From Fistulifera solaris (taxonomy: Eukaryota), in contig AP026162.1 of NCBI GenBank assembly GCA_030295235.1, forward strand, positions 868,001-932,000: a DNA stretch of 64,000 bases, read 5' to 3'. Under the pieces are notes generated by a model. It made no database searches. It had not been told where the DNA came from and saw only the letters and a list, made by a program, of their open reading frames with translations. Below are positions 12,530-27,500 of this stretch, one piece after another. A program made the position numbers and the translations under genes. Position 1 is the first letter of the stretch, and each line of letters opens with the position of its first letter.

Positions 12530-15500
12530 ATGGCAAGCTTCTTTGGATTAGGTGGTCTCGGCTCGAGCGACAAGCGCGAGGAATCTGCTTTGATGGCGCA
12601 TGACAATCTTGGTGGTGGTGAATTGGGAAGCTCCACTGCTAAGAAAGACAAGGACGCCTCGAAGAAAAAGAAAGATAAGAAGAAACTTAAAGGATCGGAC
12701 GCAGCTCTTCACAATGCTGAACTGGCGGAGAAAGCGGCTCAGGAAATGAAGAGTGCGATGAGTTGGTGGAAACAGGGCCCTACCGGGGCAGCCGATCTTG
12801 CGAAGAACAATGACCTCAGCTGGTTGAACGATAAAGTGGAAGACGTGAGCGTGATCAGTAAATTCAGCGTGCCTGATATCGAGAAATTTCAGGAAGTTGA
12901 TAAGAATGTTGATATCATGGCGAACTTGAAAGATCGTAAGCTTCGCACCTTCAAGTACGATCCGGAAGAAGAGGCGAAACGAGCGAAAGAAATTGAAGAG
13001 CGTACGAACAAGATGTTCGACGCGGTAAACTGGTGGCAAGCAATGAAACCAGGTACCGCTGATGCGCCGACTGTTGATGTAAATGCTGGAATTGCGGAGT
13101 TTAAGGAATTGGCGCAGTGGTGGGCCGACAACGGGAACCTGCACAAGACCAACATTAAAGCCAAGCGAGCTGGGAAGATCCGTGGCTACATCAGCAAATA
13201 CAAAGGCCAGACAGCAAATATGGCGGAGGAAGCAGCAAAGATACACAAGGCGCTTTCGTGGTGGGTGAAGAACGGCCAGCAGTATCAAGTTGATTTGGTT
13301 GTGTTTGAAAAAACGTTGAGAAGCTGAAGAAAGTCAACTTTCTGTTCGATCACTGGCAGCTAAAAAGCCTCCCGGTTCGGATGCATGTTAATCCACTTAC
13401 AGATCCACGTGGCGCTGAACGATTGGCACAGAAACTTGAGACGTCTCTTGCACGCTTTATGGAGAAAGGAGAGTTCCAGTTCTCGAGAATCGAAGCGAAT
13501 GAAGCAGATCCATTTCGCCAAATTAAGCATGAACTCATTCGCATTCAGATCAGCAAGATGAGTCCTGAGCGTGTGTCTGAGGAGGTAGAATCGATCCTGT
13601 CGTGGTGGAGGGGGCAAGGAGTGTCGTTCGATCCTCACAATCCGAAGTCCCCGGATGATTTTATCATGTTTCAAAAAGCGTGTGAGCTTTTCAAATTTTG
13701 GGGGATCGAAGAACCGAAAAATGTCCCTCTCAGCCGTCTCGCGGAGCTTGAAAAGGAGATTCGCGACTCTATTTCTTTTGGAACCGCAACAAAGATGTGG
13801 ACGAGGAGCACTTGGATGCTTTCGAAATGGAAAAGCTTCGGAAGATAAAAAATGTGTCCATTAATTTGTGTCAATACATGACGGAAAAGCAGACGAAGGA
13901 GTCTATTAAAACCATTGAAGATATGATTGGCTGGTGGCGTCTGAAAGGAGGAAAGTTCAATCCGGATTCCAGCTCTCCTAGTGATCTCAAGCGTTTCGAA
14001 GACCTCAAAATGCTGTACACCAGTTACCGATGTGGACCAGACCTAGTTGCCGATATGGCAGCCAAAGAGCTCGGAGACGATCTGAACTGGTGGCTTCGCA
14101 ACAACAAAGGGCTAGATGCAAGCAAGTATAGCGATATTGATATGAATAGATTCAAAAGGGTTCAGGGTGCTATGCAGTTGTGGTTGAGCAACGGGAAAAG
14201 CAAGCAGCTGCAAGGGATGACATTCCACGACTTATCCGAACCTGATGCCACAAGCTTGGCAAAGGAAATAGTTGAGTCAATGGAGTGGTTTAACGAGTCG
14301 GGCAAGTCTTATGATGTTAAAGAGAATCGCGAAAAGCTCCGAGAGTCTTCTGTGTTTTCGAGAGAGGCAAAGAACATGTTAGTTTGGCTCAACGACCCGG
14401 AAGGCTTAAAAGGTCTCACTACGATTGATCTTGAGCACTTCGATCCGAGAGATCTTGATAAACAGGCGAAAGCTTTGAAAGATCAGATGGACTGGTTCAA
14501 GAATGAAGGGAAAAGGTTGGTGTCGCCGAAATCGACAACGAGGAAAAGTATCAAAAGGCCCAAAAATTAGCTCAGTGGTGGAATGATCACGGTCGGCCGA
14601 TCTCAAAGAGCGACGCAAAGGAAGCTACGTCAGCTATTGAGGAGATGTTGGCGTGGGCTCGAAGTGTGAAAGGAGACCCCATGCTCGATAATCCGGCCAG
14701 GTTCAATTTTCTCAAGAATCTATTCAGTGTCTGGTCACCTGAAAGGTCGTCCGGAAAAGCTCTCGATGAGCAAGTGATGAATGAAATCGAAGAGCATCTG
14801 GGATGGTGGCGTCAGGCAAAGTTTCCTATAGACATCGGAAAGCTGTCGGAGCCGGAGAAAGTCCCGGTGCAAAATTTACTGCAACTTGTTCATGCTTTCA
14901 GAGCTGCACGAGCAGGACAGAGAACGCAAGACGACGCGAGTGACGTTCTAGCCTGGACTCGCGAGTCAAATACGACGATCGAACTAGATTCTCACATAGG
15001 AAATGCATTGGAGGATGTCATGGGCTGGTTTGATGTTCAAGGTGCAAAGGACGTCTTAAAATCGCCTCTACCAGTCAGTGCCGAAGAAAAGTTCGAGAAA
15101 GTGAAAGAACATCTCGTATGGTGGGAGAGAACCGACCCGTCTGCTCGACCCAGAAAAGGTGAAATCGATCAGCTTTACCTCAAGTTTGACTTGTTGCCTC
15201 CCCCTCAAGGAGTGGTGGTCTCATCGTGGCAAGGAGTTCGCTGTCCGTAACGGTCATATGAATCTGAAAGAAGCCAAGGATGTCGATAAGAAGCTGAACG
15301 CTGCTTTCTTGTGGCTAGAGAAGAACTTAAGGGGTGCTGACATCCCTTCCGGTATCGCCACAGATGTGAACAACATGACGAATGCTTTGGGTTGGCTCAG
15401 AGGCAAGGATACTGATGCCGAAAGTATCATGTCCAAGTCTACATCAGCTGGGAACAAGTTTGCTGCAACGCGCCCCTTGACTGAAGAAGAGAAACGGGCT

Positions 15501-18500
15501 AAAGAAATGGAAGACGCGTTGAATTGGCTTCGCACCAACGACATGAACTTTGGAGACAAAAACCTTGACATTCAGTCTCTAGCAACTCTTTCAAAAATAT
15601 CCGAGATTATTCCGGGAGCCAAAAACATGGAGAAGAGCGATGTTGAAGCAACGATGGAAAGTGCTTTAGATTGGCTCCGTAGCAATGACGACACAAAAGA
15701 ATTTAGTTTAGACGACATTTCCGTCGCATCGTGGAAGAAAGGAAGGTCGGCTCTTGGTATTGCTAAGACCGATGAAGAACAGAGGGCCAATGAGATGGCA
15801 AGCGCCCTTGACTGGCTCAGAAACAACAATGTGGCAGACTCCTACGATGTCGCTTCAGTCAAATCTTTCAAATCGCTTGCCAGTTCCAACTTTCTTGCCA
15901 AAATTCCAGAGTCTGGATCCGAGGCCGACAACGGCTTTGGGTGGTTGCGCAACGATAGAGCAGTTCGTGGTTTCGATGACATGTCGGACGTGTCTTCTAA
16001 GAAAAGTGCAGGTCAGCTAGCCCTTAGACCAAAGACCGCCGAAGAGCTTCGAGCAGCGGAAATGGCAAGCGCGCTGGATTGGCTTCGTACGGAAGTTGTC
16101 GATTCCCAGTCTGTGGCTAGTGGTCTAGGCTCCCTTGCTTCCTTTCAAACAATCGGTGGCGGGAAGATTGGAGATACAAGTGAGATGGCAGCAGCTTTAA
16201 ACTGGTTACGTCAAAACGACGCTGGTCTTAGAGGTCTCGACGATCCTTCTGTAGCGTCTTCACGCAAGCTTGGAGGACCGATGACTGAAGCTGAGAAGAA
16301 AGCCCTGGAAATGCAGAAAGCTCTTGACTTGTTAAAGTCGGGTGATGCAAGTGTTGGTGGGATGTCCGCTCCCTCTATGGGATCCTTGGGCTTTAGTCTT
16401 GCTGGCGGTGGTGCAGAAAGTTCGGCTATGGAAGATGCACTGAACTGGTTAAGGGGCTACAAAGGGAATAAAGGTGACGATTTGTCGTCTGCTTCCCAAG
16501 CGCGCATTCCTCGTGGTCCAATGACTGACGAAGAGAAGAAGGCAAGTGAAATGCAGAAAGCGCTTGACTTATTGAAGTCTAGTAACGCTAGTGTTGGGGG
16601 AATGTCCGTTCCTACTGTGGGGTCACTAGGGCTAGCAGAGTCTCCAGAGATGAGTGACGTCTTTGCAAGATTCAAGAGAAGACAACTCGATGACCAGTCT
16701 ATTGGATCTGCGACTTCGCGTCCACCTTTGCCAGAACAGAGAAAATCTAGTCAGATGGATAGTGCATTGGCCTGGTTAAGAAACAACACGCCAGATATTG
16801 AAGATCTCGACATGGACACGCTCAACGCGTTTCGGAACCTCGCTGGATTGCCAATTATGGACGTTGATTTCTCCATTGACAAGAAATCAAAAGCGGTTGA
16901 TGACGCCCTCGACTGGCTGCGAAAGAACCCACCCAATGTCGAGTCTTTGGATGACGAGGCCATAGGTACTTTGGCAACCTTGGCTGGTATTGACATGCCT
17001 ACGTTTGACTTCTCTCCCGAAGACAAGGCACAAGCGTTTGACGACGCACTGGCATGGCTGCGGGTGAACGGTCTTGATGCCAATGACATTGATGATGTAA
17101 CCCTAGTTAGCTTTGCTAATCTAGCCGGTCTGGATATGCCTTCGAGGGGAGCCTTATCTCCTGGTGACAAGAAGAGAGCGGTTCAGGATTCTATGAGCTG
17201 GTTACGTAGTAACAACCCTACGATCGAAGACGTACAAGCACTGGATGATGACGCCCTTCAAGCCTTGTTGAAAATTAGTGGAGTTGACATAGCACGAAGA
17301 AAACCGAAAAAGCTTTCTGATGGACAAAAGGAAAACATCATAGAAGGAGCACTCGATTGGCTCCGAAACAATGATTTCACCCCTAATGTCTTGGACGATG
17401 CTCTGGTGTCTGCTTTGAGCGACTTATCTGGACTCCCCATGCCTAAGAGAACTATTTCCGAGAAAGATAAAGTTCGCGCAATGGATGAAGCACTTCAGTG
17501 GCTCCGTCAAAAAATCAGGACTTTGGAGATCTCGACGAAGGCAAATTAGTTGCTCTTGCTGAATTGGCGGGTCTTGCGATGCCACGACGCAAAATAGGTG
17601 GCGACGCTGAAATTAAAAGAACTGTCGTGGAGGGTGCTATGAGTTGGATTCGGAGCAAGAAAGCGAAGCCCAACGCCATTGATGATCCAACGTTAGCGGC
17701 ACTGTGCGACATGGCTGGCTTGGATCTTCCAGATGTCTTTGTTCCAAGCGAAGATAGAGAAGATGCTATGAGAACCGCCTTGGAATGGCTGAGAAATAAC
17801 CAGCCTGATCTCGAAGGTGTCGACTTTGACGACACATCCATCTACGCGTTTGCCAATTTGGCCGGACTCGACTTGCCACGAGGGAACTTAAATGAAACGC
17901 AGAAAAAGGAGGTTGCATCACAAGGACTTCAATGGCTTAGGAACAACGATGTAAACGTTGAAGAACTTGATATGCCGAGCTTGACCGCTCTTCTTAACAT
18001 GGCGCGTGTTGACCTTCCGGCTGCTGAATTTACAAAGAATGATCGCGAGAAAGTAATCGATGATGTCCTGAAATGGATCCGATCCAAAGCTTCGTCCAAG
18101 GTATTTGTCGACGAGCTACCAGGTTTGAACGCGCTTCTTCAATTGGCGGGAATGTCCGCTCTCCCTGATAAAGACGCCTTGAATCCTGCTGCGCACGCGA
18201 AGGCCGCATCAGAGGCACTTGTGTGGCTCCGTAACCATCAACCGAAGAAAGAAAATGTAAACGACCCGATGCTTTATGAACTTGCAAGACTGGGTGGCAT
18301 CGACTTGCCAAGGATGGAAGTTTCGAAAGAAAACAAGAAACGGGCTGTAGACGATGCTCTCCAATGGTTGAGAGCTAACGAGCTCATTGTTGAAGATCTG
18401 GACGACGTGGACATAGCCGCCTTCGCCACCCTGGCCGATTTACCGCTTCCCCAAGGAACGTTATCTAGCCCTGAGAAGCACCGCACGATGGATGCTGCTC

Positions 18501-21500
18501 TTACGTGGCTCAGGGAAAACAATCCTCATCTTGCGGATGTCGACGCCGCCACTGTTGAGGCTTTCAAGAATATTCCTGGCATTCCTCTTCCGAAGAAAGT
18601 TTCCTCACTTGACAGGGCGAAGAAAGTAGAGGAAGCGTTTGAATGGTTACGGAATAATGACCCCAATTTGAATGGATTGGACGAAACGAGTTTAATGGCC
18701 ATTGCCAAGCTGTCTGGAGTTCCGATTCCGCGAAAGAATCCGTCTTCGGAAGAAAAGACAAAACTTGCAGAACAAGCGTTGGTGTGGCTAAGAAATAACG
18801 ATGGAATCAATGCAAACGACGTTGGACTGCCTGTTGTAGCAGCCTTAGCCGACTTGTCCGGGATTCCACTTCCGCAAAAGAAGGTGACAACAGAGTCAAG
18901 AACGAAGACCGTGGCTGACGCCCTCCACTGGCTCCGAACACACGATACGCTACATCTGGATGATACAACCGCTTTAGCCCTGGCGAATGTGGCTAATTTA
19001 GCACTTGATATCCCACGAGGAAGAGAAAGGGCTAAGCTTTTCGATGATGCGATGCACTGGATAAGGAACAACAATGTGAATGTCAATAACGTGGATGAGC
19101 CTACCTTGCGAACTCTCGCTCAAGTATCCGGAATAGATTTACCGAAGGGCAAACTGACGACATCTGCCAAAAAGAGAGGTCTCAACGATATAACGGAGTG
19201 GCTTCGAAACAGCCAAATCACACATGAAAACCTTGACGATCCAGCCTTGCATGCTCTTGCCAAGGTCGCACACATGATGTTACCGAACAAGCGCCCAATG
19301 CCCTCTAACAGCCAAGCTGTTATAGATAAGGCCTTACATTGGATCCGAGAGAATAATCCCAATTTGAAGAACGTGGACGACCCAAGCTTGCGAGCTCTCT
19401 CGAGTCTTGCCGGACTTTCGTTACCGAAAGGGAATCTATCCTTGTCTGCGAAGAAAAGCATTTTTGACGATACGCTGCAATGGCTTCGAAACAATCAAGT
19501 CAGAGAGGAAGACATAGACTATCCGACACTACTTGCTCTTGCTAACATCGCAGGGTTGCCTCTCGAAAGAATCCCTTCGACGAATGATGAGATCGTAGAT
19601 TCCGCTCTTAATTGGATCAGACATAAAACACCAAAGTCCAGTGATCTAGATGAACCAACGTTACGGGTTCTTGCGAAGCTCGCCGGGGTCGATTTGCCCA
19701 CTTCGAAACTCAGCGCCGATGCTATGCGAAAAGGGCTACACGACACCGTCAAATGGCTTCGGACCAATGATGTGAGGCAAATGGACCTCAGCGAACCGAC
19801 AATAGATGCGCTCGCAATTCTGGCGGATATTCCTTTACCGGGTGGTCGTTGTCAGCAAGCGCTTGATAGGAAGAGACTTTTCAAAGATTCTGTAAAGTGG
19901 CTCCGATCAAACACTCCGAAGATCTCGTCAGTCGGGGAACCTGATTTACGTGCTCTGGCCGAGTTGGGTGGAATTCCTTTGCCTGTTGGTAAGCTCACTT
20001 TGGTGGATAAGACAAACGCTCTTCATGATGTGCACCAATGGATACGCAACAGCATCGTGAATTACAGTGAGTTAGACGATCCTACTTTACGTGCCCTTGC
20101 CAATATAGCTGAAATTTCGCTTCCAGCATCGATGGCCTTGCCGAAGAATGTTCAAGAAGATGTCGACGTGGCTTTGCAGTGGATCCGCAACAACTACCCA
20201 AAAGCTAACGAAATCGACGACCCAACCTTACGCTTATTGACCGATCTTTCTGGCACAAAACTGCCCAAAGGAAAGTTGTTCCCTTCTAGTCGGCAGAAAG
20301 CACTTGACGATTCTCTGCAGTGGATCCGTCAAAATGGCTTGCAGGCCAAGGACCTCGACGAACCGACCATCTCGGCCTTGCAAACGCTATCTGGTATCGT
20401 GTTACCTCGATCAAAAATGACAACTCCCGAGAGAATTGTCGAGGGCGTCCTGCAGTGGGTCAGATTCAACGACCCCGACGCTAGTAAGGTTGATGACCCT
20501 ACCCTACGAACTTTGACCAATCTTTGTGGAATTGAATTGCCGAACCGCAAGCTTCACCTTAAGGAGAAGCAGCAAGCTCTTGATGGGGCTGTACGCTGGC
20601 TTCGTGAAAACAGCTTCGAAGTGGGAGGGTTGGACGATCCTGTAGTACAAGCTCTTGCCAATTTATCGGGGACACAAATGCCTTTTTTGGCTGCCACGCC
20701 ATCCTCCACCGATCAAATGGTGAAAGATGCTATTGAATGGTTGAGACACAATTCTCCCCAAGTAAAGGATATTGACGACCCAAGCTTACTGGCTCTAACA
20801 CGCATGAGTGGAGGGGATCCTGTCGAGGTCGTTAAAGCTAGTCCGGAAGGGAAGCAGAAAGCTTTGGATCATGCATTAGAGTGGCTTCGTAACAACGAAG
20901 TGTTCTTCGGAGACCTCGACGATCCTGAAATCAAGGCCCTTGCCAATCTTTCTGGCATTTCGCTCCCGATTGAAGCAGGATTGCCTATTGACAAAAAGTC
21001 AACTGTTGACAAAGTCTTACGATGGTTGCGCGAGAACAATACCCCAAGCCCCGAGGACCTGGATGAAGATACCATACGCACCTTGGCAAAACTTGCAGGG
21101 CGGCCGCTACCACGTGGCGTTGTCTCCTATGAGAAAAGGGAGAAATCGCTTGAACACTCTGTGGACTGGTTACGGAATAATCCTTTTGATGCCGAAGGCC
21201 TCGATGAGCCCACTCTTCAAGCATTAGCGAACTTGGCTGGGATTCCAGCAGTTCGTGTTTCGGGCTCTATTCAAAGTCAACAAGCGACGGTAATGAAGGA
21301 TGCTCTTGAGTGGCTCAGGAACAACAATGTAACAGCTGCAGACTTAAATGATCCCTCAGCACTTGAGGCTCTTTTCGATCTGGCAGAGATCGAATTCCCT
21401 GAAGGACTTAAAGTTGGTGGAAGTAAAACGATTGACGATTGTTTGAATTGGTTACGTAGCAACGAACTCAATCCGAATCAGTTGGACGACCCGACTATTC

Positions 21501-24500
21501 AATCTTTTGCTAATATGGCAGGTGTACCTCTAGCTGGGGATTCACTATCAAGGAATCAGAAGGGCTTGATTGTTGAAGATGTCTTAGACTGGCTGAAGGA
21601 GAATGAACCGAACCTAGAGGACATGGACGGACCCAGTATTCGCATTCTTTCCAACCTTGCTGGAAGACCACTTCCTAAAGGAAAGATGACGAAGAATGCA
21701 AAGAAGAAGGCTCTGGACGATTCAATCGAGTGGCTCCGCAGCAACAGACTCAATGGAGAGTCGCTCAGTGAGCCGGTCGTCAAAGCACTTGCCGATTTGG
21801 CTGGTGTATTGTTACCACGTGGGTCTATTCCAGATGAAGAAAAGGCACGAGTCGTCGCCGATGCATTAAGCTGGGTTCGAGGCAATATCTCACCATCCGT
21901 GAATGACGTTGACGAGCCGACCTTGCGAGCCCTTAGTACTCTGGCAGGGCAGCCTCTCCCACGCGGTAGATTATCCCAACCGGAGAAGATTCAAGCCCTC
22001 GCTGATGCATTGAATTGGTTGAGAGCTAACACCCCCGATTATCGCTTTTTGGATGATCCATGCGTTCATGCTCTGGCAAATCTCGTTGGAATCACTTTAC
22101 CTGGTTCCAAGCTGATACCTGACGCCACAAAGCAGGTTATTCTCGACGAAGTTCAGGAGTGGATGAGAAACAGCACACCGAAGGCCGATGACATTGACGA
22201 GCAGGGCCTTCGACGACTTGCGAGCCTTGCAGGAATCGAGCTTCCCCATGGGAAACTATCTTCTGCGGTAAAACAGAAAACTCTTGATGACACACTTGTC
22301 TGGATGAGGACAAACGATACAGACCCAAGGAAAGTAGACGATCCTTGCCTTCACGCTTTAACTACACTTTCAGGAATTCCCTTTCCTCGCGGTGACATCC
22401 CACCTGACCATAAAAAAGTTGTCATGGAACAAGTTTTGTCATGGGTTCGAGCCAACAATCCGGTTGCAGATGACATCGACGAGCCAACTTTGCGTACTCT
22501 TTCGACAATGGCAGGCACCCCGCTCCCAAAGGGGAAACTGAACCCTTTGGTAAAACAGGAAGTGCTGAACAATGTTGTAGAATGGTTGCGAAGAACGAAC
22601 CCCGATCCGTACAACATTGATGACCCCTCAATCTTGGCTCTGGCGAACGTAGCGAGCATCAAAATGCCAAATGGTGACATTCCTTTGGACGAGAAACGTC
22701 AAGTTCTCAAGGATGCTTTGGAGTGGGTGCGACACAGTGATGCAAAGCCTGAAAACCTTGACGATTCTAGTATGCGCGCATTATCGAATCTAGCCGGGTC
22801 CCCTCTCCCTCGTGGTCCACTCTCTCGAAAGGACAAGAAGATGGCATCAGAGAACGTATTGAAATGGTTAAGAAACAACCAGCCAAACCCGGCTGATCTA
22901 GATGACAGTACCATTCAAGCCCTTGGGAATCTTTGTGGTATTCCGTTGCCTAGCATAAGTATTCCGAAGAATAAAAAGCAGCTGCTGCTTGATGCTGCTA
23001 TGGATTGGGTTCGCGTTCATGACCCCAAGTCAAATGATTTGGATGAGCCGACTATCAGAGCTTTGGCGACAATCACAGGGATTCCGATGCCAAAAGGCAA
23101 ATTATCGCGACCGGCAAGTGAAAAGATCCTACGTGACGCTATCACATGGTTGAGAAGTAATTCAGTTGATCCAAATGACCTTGATGATCCTTCAATTCAC
23201 GCGCTTTCGACACTTACAGGTATTCCTCTAGCGCGGGGAGCTATCCCTGTCGAAAAGAAGCGAATCGTTCTAGAAAACGCTCTCCAATGGATACGAGATA
23301 ACAAACCAAAAGCGGAAGATTTAGATGAACCAACTGTGCGGACGCTGTCAACTCTTGTCGGCACACCCCTAACTCCAGGTAAGCTTTCCCGTCCACAAAA
23401 GAGAAAGCTTTAGGCGATGCGGTCGAGTGGCTGAGGCATAACAAGCCGGATGCATATCTTCTTGACGATCCAGCAGTCCATGCACTCGCGAGCCTTTCGG
23501 GGTCGTTTTTACCCCGTGGAGATTTGCCTGTTCACAAGAAACGCACTGTTGTTGAGGACGCAACAGAGTGGCTACGAAATCATCAAGTAAACGTTGCTGA
23601 TATAAGTGAACCTGAATTGCGTGCTCTCTCAAATCTCGCCGGAAAACCCTTGTCACGTGGAAGACTTGCTTCAAAGGATAAAACAGAAGCCTTAGACAAT
23701 GCTATTCAATGGCTTCGTCGCAACGATGTTGACCCGAATGACATTGACGACCCGACCGTCTTTGCGTTGTCATCCCTCGCCGGGTTTCCTTTGCCAAAAG
23801 GTCAAATTCCTTACGAAGATAAAGCGCCAATTGTAGCAGACTCTCTCGATTGGATTAGAGAGAACAAGGATGTAACACCCGATGATTTGAATGAACCCTC
23901 TGTCCGTGTTCTCTCAACGTTGGCTGGGATCTCGCTTCCTGTTCGCAAGCTTACTCCACAAGAGAAGAAGGAAGCGATCGACAACTCAATGGCCTGGATG
24001 CGTGAAACAACGCTCAATCCCCACGACTTAGATGACCCAGCAATCCATGCCCTTGCCAACTTGGCTGGACTATCGCTTCCGAAGAGATCTATATCCAAAG
24101 CCCAAAAGACAGCTGTTTTGGAGGACTCACTTGAATGGCTGAGATCAAAGAGTCTTAGTTCGGAACATCTCGACGCTCCTGCGCGCGTTCTTCTTTCAAA
24201 TCTCACCAACAAAGCACTAGATATTCCTCCCAAAGTACAGTCGAAAAGGGATACATTTGAAGATGCCGTTGAATGGATTCGTGGAAACAACATCAATCCC
24301 GATGATCTAGATGAGCCAGCCCTTGTTGCTTTATCTAATATGTCTGGCATTCCACTTCCCAAGGGCAACATCCCGGTGAAACAGAAAGAAAAAGCTCTCA
24401 AATCAGCCTTGGATTGGATCAAGAATCATGAATCGCTTCCAGATGATCTCGACGAGCCGTCGATTAGGTGTCTTTCGAGCTTAGCGGGCTTGCCTTTGCC

Positions 24501-27500
24501 TAGAGGCAAATTGTCTGCTCCGGTGAAGAAAAAGTCTTTGGATGAGGCAGTCGAATGGCTCAGGCACAACTCGCCCGATGTACACAACATCGATGATCCA
24601 ACCACCTACGCATTAGCTAATCTTGGGCGCGCGCCGATTCCTGAATATTCCATTCCTTTTGAGAAAAAAAGCCCCAGTAGTGGAGGAATCACTGGCGTGG
24701 GTCCGTGATAATGAACCCAAAATGAACAATCTTAGTGAACCCGCTTTGCGTTGCCTGGCAAATTTAGCGCACATTCCGTTATCCAGAAGCAAACTTTCCA
24801 CCCCCGAAAAGGAAAAGGTTCTTGGTGATGTTGTCAATTGGTTACGATCGAACGAAGTTCATATCCGAAACCTTGACGACCCCACAGTCCATGCTCTAAG
24901 TACTTTGGCGGGGCTTTCGATACCTCAAGGCACAATTCCCATCGACAAGAAACGAAATGTCGTCCGAGATTCTCTCCAATGGGTACGAAGCAACGCACCG
25001 AGTGATGATAATGTAACTGAGCCGACTGTTCGAGCCCTTGCAAATCTCGCTGGACTTATTCTCCCAAGAGGGACCCTTCCGAAACCAGCCAAAAGAAAAG
25101 CACTTGATGACATCTTGGATTGGTTGCGGTCGAACGAACCTGACGTTTACGCCTTGGATGATCCAGAAGTTTATGCACTTGCATCAATTGCAGGTATTCC
25201 GATGCCAACGTCTGGTCGAGGACTTGCCGAGAGCGTTAAACGCCCTGTAGTCGAGCAAGCGATAGACTGGGCACGGAACAACTTAGGCGCTCCGGACGAT
25301 TTGGATGAACAAACCGTTAGAGAACTATCTAACTTGGGAGGCAAACCTTTGCCGCGGGGACGACTTTCCAAACCAGCAAAAAAGAAGGCGCTAAGTGATG
25401 CAATAGCATGGCTTCGTGATAATCAACCCAACCCTGATGAGCTGTGTGATCCAACCGTTTACGCGCTTGCGAAATTGGCCTCGGTTCCGTTACCACAAGG
25501 ACTTATACCACTTGAACAGAAAGAAGATGTATTGAAGACAACACTGGAATGGATACGCAACAACGAACCGAAGCTTGGTGACTTGGACGGACCAACCTTG
25601 CGCTGCCTGTCTAACTTAAGTGGGACGCCCCTCCCAGTAGGAAAGATGAAACCAACCGAAGAAAAGGTTGTTCTGAACAATGTAGTGGAGTGGTTGAGAC
25701 ACAACGACCCCAATCCTAGTGAACTGGACGACCCCACAATTGCGGCTCTCGCCAACTTGTCTGGAATGCAGCTTTTACCAAGGGATCTCCCAATCGCCAC
25801 GAAAAAAGCCATCTTGGACGATTCACTGGAATGGCTACGCAACTCTGATCTAAGACCCGAGGACTTGGACGAGCCTTCCCTTCGATCTCTTGCAAACTTG
25901 GCCGCTGTACCAATACCCCAAGGAGGTGTCCTTTCCGAAGTAAAAAAGAAGACCTTGGATGACGTTGTGAATTGGGCACGAGTGAACAACCCAGATTTGG
26001 CTGATGTTGACGATCCCACTCTTCACACTTTGGCTAATCTAGCAGGGACTCCAATTACCACCAGAAATATACCCTTGGAGCACAAACAACATGTCGTTCC
26101 AACTTCTGTTGATTGGTTGAGAATGAACACTCCAAGTAAAAAGGATTTGACGGAGCCATCGTTGCGGGCACTCGCAAATCTTTCTGGTTTGTCTCTTCCT
26201 AAGAGGAAACTCTCGCCAAAGGAAATAGAGAATGGATTTGATGATGTATTGGAGTGGCTCCGCACCAACTCGCCTAGCATCGAAGAAATGGATGACCCAA
26301 CTCTTCACGCTCTAGCAAATTTGAGCAGCGTTCCTATTCCTCGAGGTAACATTCCATCAAAGAGCAAGAACTTTATTATTGACCAAACTGTAGACTGGAT
26401 TCGCAAGAAAGACACTGTCATTGGAGACGTCGACGAGCCGACTGTCAGAGTGCTCTCAAATTTAGCGGGGCGTCCTCTCCCACCAGGCAAGCTACCTGCC
26501 GCTGCGAAGCAGAATGCACTAGATGACGCAATTGAATGGCTCAGACATCATAAACCTCATCCACATGATGTTGATGACCCAACAACTATCGCGCTGGCTA
26601 GCATTGCGGGTTTATCGATTCCCAGAGGCAACATTCCGATCGAAAAGAAGGGGCCTGTTTTGAAAGATTGTCTTGATTGGGTCCGAAATAACCCAGTCAG
26701 TCCCGACGATGTAGATGAACCCACTTTGCGCACTCTGTCCAATCTAGCAGGCTCGCCGCTTCCACAAAGAAAGCTCTCCCCAACTGAAAAGAGAGATTCG
26801 TTGGACAAAGCAGTCGACTGGCTTAGACGAAACAATCCGAATCCATCAGACCTTGATGACCCTACTATGTATGCTTTGTCAAGTCTTTTTGGGGTGCCGC
26901 TACCACGCGGTGAAATACCCGTTTCTAAGAAAGTGTCAGTTATCAAGACGTCACTTGAATGGATCCGCAACAATGACCCTTCACCAGACGATATTGACGA
27001 GCCCGCGCTACGTGTCCTTTCTAACATGATCGGACATCCTTTACCACGAGGCGGAATCCCTGCCACGTCAAAAGCAAAGGCCCTCGATGAAGTTGTTGAA
27101 TGGCTGAGAAACAACAACCCAGATCCATTCGTGGTTAGTGACCCAACGACAGTCGCACTAGCTAATCTCGCGGGCGTCCCCGTTCCGAAAGGGGGGCTAC
27201 CTTGTGACCAAGTTGAACGTTTAGTTCAAGATACACTTGAATGGCTCCGAAAGAGTAACTCGATCCCAGATGTTATCGACGAACCATCCTTGCGAGCGCT
27301 ATGTAACCTTGCAGGTGCCCCGCTTCCCAGAGGTAGACTAACCCCAGAGCAGAAAGAAAATGCTATGCATGGTGTGGTAGACTGGTTACGGAACAACAAC
27401 CCCGATCCTTACGATATTGATGACCCTACTGCCGTAGCACTCGCCAACCTGGGCGGACTTCCGACGCCGTTGGTTGACACCGTCGTTGAACAGAGGGCTC

